Of a stretch of DNA of 64,000 nucleotides, positions 60,301 to 64,000 are shown piece after piece. The notes under the pieces are model-generated. The model searched no databases and was not told the DNA's origin. It saw only the letters and a program-made list of their open reading frames with translations. The translations under genes were made by a program, and so were the position numbers. This DNA comes from Eledone cirrhosa (lineage: Eukaryota), in NCBI GenBank assembly GCA_964016885.1, contig OZ024741.1, forward strand, positions 300,638,001 through 300,702,000, read 5' to 3'. Within the stretch, counting starts at the first letter, position 1; every line of letters starts with the position of its first letter.

Positions 60301-61978
60301 CGCCGCCCAGGCAGGGGATTTCATCTTTTATCTGCTTCAGCAGGTAGAGCCCAACCAGGTCCGTTACCTGCGCTGAGTCGCTGGAGCCCATCGTGATGTC
60401 AAAGTTATTTTGCCAATCACTCCTGGTCCAAAGGTCTCCATCGAAGCGGATTAAGGTCTTTCTTGCGGCGTGGAAGATGCTCACCTCCTCTCGGGTTAGG
60501 TCCGTATTGGACATCGCTAAAAATAGGGCCTTATTAAGTACTATGGGTGAGATTGAGGAGTAGTAGCTTGCGATGTCCAGTTGTATAAAGCTGGTCCTAC
60601 TTTTCTCATGCAGTATTTTGAACCATTCTATTACTTCTCTCGTGCATGACCATTGCTGTAATTTGGTTTTCTTCCGAAGCTTGGGCAAAATCCTATCCAG
60701 TATTCTTTTACTGACGATCCCTAGGTCAGATCTGGAGGGGGCTATTAGTCTGACAGGGAGGTCGGACTCAAAGTTTGACTTGTGGTCTTTAAGGGTAATC
60801 CGCGGCTCCCTTGGTTGTTATGGTGCCCTCCTGTCCTCTATGCCGATTCTGGATATAATCCTGTAAGCTGTGGCATTGATCTCATCCAGGGTTAATCCAG
60901 GTGTTTTTTTGTAGCACTTCCTCAGTTTCCTGAGGATTAGCTTATTGTACAGTTCAGTGTTCATGTTGTAGAGGTTGTTTGTTTTGTCAGCATGGACAAG
61001 TATTCCAGTTGTCCCTTTAAGTACTCTAATCCGGTTTCTCAGGTGTCTGAGGTACTCCTGACTTCTGGTTGGGTTTCCGGAGAATTTGAGGTTGGATATG
61101 ATGTTAATCATCTCGTTTTCAAACTCCTCCATTAGTCTGTTGTGGGGGTGGATTCCTCCTTGATCGAAAAAGGTACTCCATTTTTTCTGTGTTTGTAGTT
61201 TTCTGCGTTCCTCTTTCGAAGTGGAACGCCTTCCATCTCATCCTACGGATGAGGGAGTCCGTACTCTTGATGAGATCAATGGTGTATTCTCGTTTATCAG
61301 GTAGGGGGATGTCCTTCAGTGACGCTAAGGTTGCCAGTTTATCCATAGTGACTTAGGTCCGCTACTGTTTGAAGCGCTCAACACGTGTCGGAGCTAGATA
61401 GATTTTGAGTTTATGTTGGTTGTATACCAACACCTCAGTATGCACGCTGGAGCACTCGACGAAGTGCGCAGGTTGGTTTGGTTACTCCGGAGTAGTGTAA
61501 AATAAAGTTAAATAAAAGTCAAATGATTAAAATTTAGCTTCGTTTATTACTGCTATATATATTTCAGTGACAGCCATCTTTGGCTGTGACCTCTTCAGGC
61601 AGTTTGAATTAGTATGGTATAGACAAGTACATATGTTGTTTAGGTGTATGATATTGTCAATACTCTGATATGCCCAGTTCCGTGTTGGGTTGTTAATTCA
61701 CTGGGGAACTGGAGTCATATGAATTCAAACAAACGAATTTTCGTGTCACACGTCCCCTTCTCCTCTCATTGGTCAGTTATTAGAACATTCCTCATTCTAA
61801 GTGTTGTTATTGTTGGAGTTATCTTAAAATTGAACTAAGCTAAATTTTAATCATTTGACTTTTATTTACCTTTATTTTACACTACTCCGGAGTAACCAAA
61901 TCAACCTGCGCACTTCGTCGAGTGCTCCAGCCTGCATACTGAGGTGTTGGTATACAACCAACATAAACTCAAAATCTC
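57371..61978 (-). mobile_element. Near full-length Penelope-like family C (Neptune-like) with direct pLTRs and inverted 5' segment
   Basis: Direct repeats ~57371-57700 and ~61500-61830, each with an HHR. 61836-61978 inverts 61400-61540. Confidence 0.93.
58673..61346 (-). pseudogene. Penelope RT + Cys4 linker + GIY-YIG, frameshifted
   Basis: Pieces with RMRWKAF, ADKTNNLY, LDIASYYSSI, LYRDD, NFLDTTL, CNCRNPESCPLGNEC, NIVYGC..YIAAT and CKLC. Confidence 0.9.
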
Positions 61979-63336
61979 TGTATATATATATATATATACA
62001 TACAGGCACACATATATATATGTACGTATCAGTTTTAGCGAACATTTATTATAATGTTCGCTTTGTTCGTTTGTAAACAAACGGACAGCCTGATTTATGC
62101 CGTACGGTGTTAAGTCAACCAAGTCACATTTTTGTTCAACACTGACACAGGAACGATGTACTAGTTTCAAGCTTGTTAGCTATCATTCAGCACCGTATAC
62201 CCTTCTGCCAGATGGTTGAACGTTCGAAAGTATATACTTTCCTTATGAAAATTAACGGATGAACAGCCTAATTTGCATATCGAGGGAGTTCAGTCGGCCA
62301 GGCGCACCCAAAACGATAAAATGGAATAGAATGAAATGAAATTTCATTTCTCACTCTTAGTACGGCACTTTCTTAAATATAAGTATGTATGTATACGTAC
62401 ATACATATATGTATACAGACGTACAGTAGCATGTATATATACATATATATATATATACATACAGGCACACATATATATATGTACGTATCAGTTTTAGCGA
62501 ACATTTATTATAATGTTCGCTTTGTTCGTTTGTAAACCAACGGACAGCCTGATTTATGCCATACGGTGTTAAGGCAACCACGTCACCTTTTTGTTCAACA
62601 CTGACACAGGAACGATGTACTAGTTTCAAGCTTGTTAGCTATCGTCTGCACCGTATACCCTTCTTCCAGATGGTTGAACGTTCGAAAGTATATACTTTCC
62701 TTATGAAAATTAACGGCTGAGCAGCCTAATTTGCATATCGAGTGAGTTCAGTCAGCCAGGCGCACCGAAAACGATAAAATGGAATAGAATGAAATGAAAT
62801 TTCATTTCTCACTCTTAAGACGGCACTTACTTAAATGTAAGTATGTATGTATACGTACATACATATATGTATACAGACGTACAGTAGCATGTATATATAT
62901 ATATACATACAGGCACACATATATATATGTACGTATAAGTTTCAGCGAACATTTATTATAATGTTCACTTTGTTCGTTTGTAAACAAACGGACAGCATAA
63001 TTTATGCCGTACGGTGTTAAGGCAACCACGTCATCTTTTTGTTCAACAGTGACACAGGAACGATGTACTAGTTTCAAGCTTGTTAGCTATCGTCTGCACC
63101 GTATACCCTTCTGCCAGATGGTTGAACGTTCGAAAGTATATACTTTCCTTATGAAAATTAACGGCTGAGCAGCCTAATTTGCATATCGAGTGAGTTCAGT
63201 CGGCCAGGCGCACCGAAAACGATAAAATGGGATAGAATGAAATGAAATTTCACTTCTCACTCTTAGTACGGCGCTTACTTAAATGTAAGTATTTATGTAT
63301 ACGTACATACATATATGTATACAGACGTACAGTAGC

Positions 63337-63427
<91 letters not shown>

Positions 63428-63843
63428 CAGGCACACATACATATATGTACGTATCAGTTTTAGCGAACATTTATTATAATGTTCACTTTGTTCGTTTGTA
63501 AACAAACGGACAGCCTGATTTATGCCGTACGGTGTTAAGACAACCACGTAATCTTTTTGTTCAACACTGACACAGGAACGATGTACTAGTTTCAAGCTTG
63601 TTAGCTATCGTCAGCACCGTATACCCATCAGCCAGATGGTTGAACGTACGGTGCTCACGATAGCTAACAAGCTTGAAACTAGTACATCGTTCCTGTGTCA
63701 GTGTTGAACAAAAAGGTGACGTGGTTGCCTTAACACCGTACGGCATAAACAGGCTGTCCGTTTGTTTACAAACGAACAAAGCGAACATTATAATAAATGT
63801 TCGCTAAAACTGATACGTACATATATGTATGTGTGCCTATATG

Positions 63844-63941
<98 letters not shown>

Positions 63942-64000
63942 GCTACTGTACGTCTGTATACATATATGTATGTACATATACATACATACTTACATATATA

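Larger units (their letters stand above)
56735..64000 (-). mobile_element. Tandem array of ~450-520-bp HHR units (non-LTR retrozyme/satellite), interrupted by Penelope C and inverted from 63647
   Basis: HHR motifs on - at 57073-57115, 62153-62196, 62612-62654, 63060-63102 and 63578-63620, and on + at 63648-63690. Spacings are 459, 448 and 518 bp and vary with the internal (TA)n. Confidence 0.9.

Noticed and set aside
61980-63646. Tandem array as a CRISPR array or repeated small protein (MKLVHRSC...)
   Set aside because: Eukaryotic context, whole units repeat with no unique spacers, and the ORFs start at TTG inside the ribozyme and run into (TA)n.

Overview
AT-rich, microsatellite-dense eukaryotic DNA with no recognisable host gene. 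It is probably octopus/cephalopod, inferred from SINE type and (TA)n density and not verified. Most of the window is transposable elements: one decayed L1/Tx1-type LINE, several tRNA-derived SINEs, and at least five families of Penelope-like elements (RT + GIY-YIG). The Penelope-like elements sit in (TA)n tracts as partial tandems with pseudo-LTRs and inverted 5' pieces. The main unannotated signal is at the RNA level. Reading both strands by eye gives more than 25 type I hammerhead ribozyme (HHR) motifs, intact or decayed, from a dozen or more sequence families, most with a short palindromic stem III. Many are in ORF-less tandem or partial-tandem units of 313, ~450-520, 470, 483 and 591 bp, which look like non-LTR retrozymes. 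Others are in fold-back palindromes that often turn at or inside the ribozyme. The ~450-bp array at 56.7-64 kb carries its own (TA)n tract, is split there by a near full-length Penelope element, keeps an ATGCAAAT octamer upstream of the ribozyme, and flips orientation at the ribozyme 5' end. All ribozyme calls are manual folds; activity is untested.
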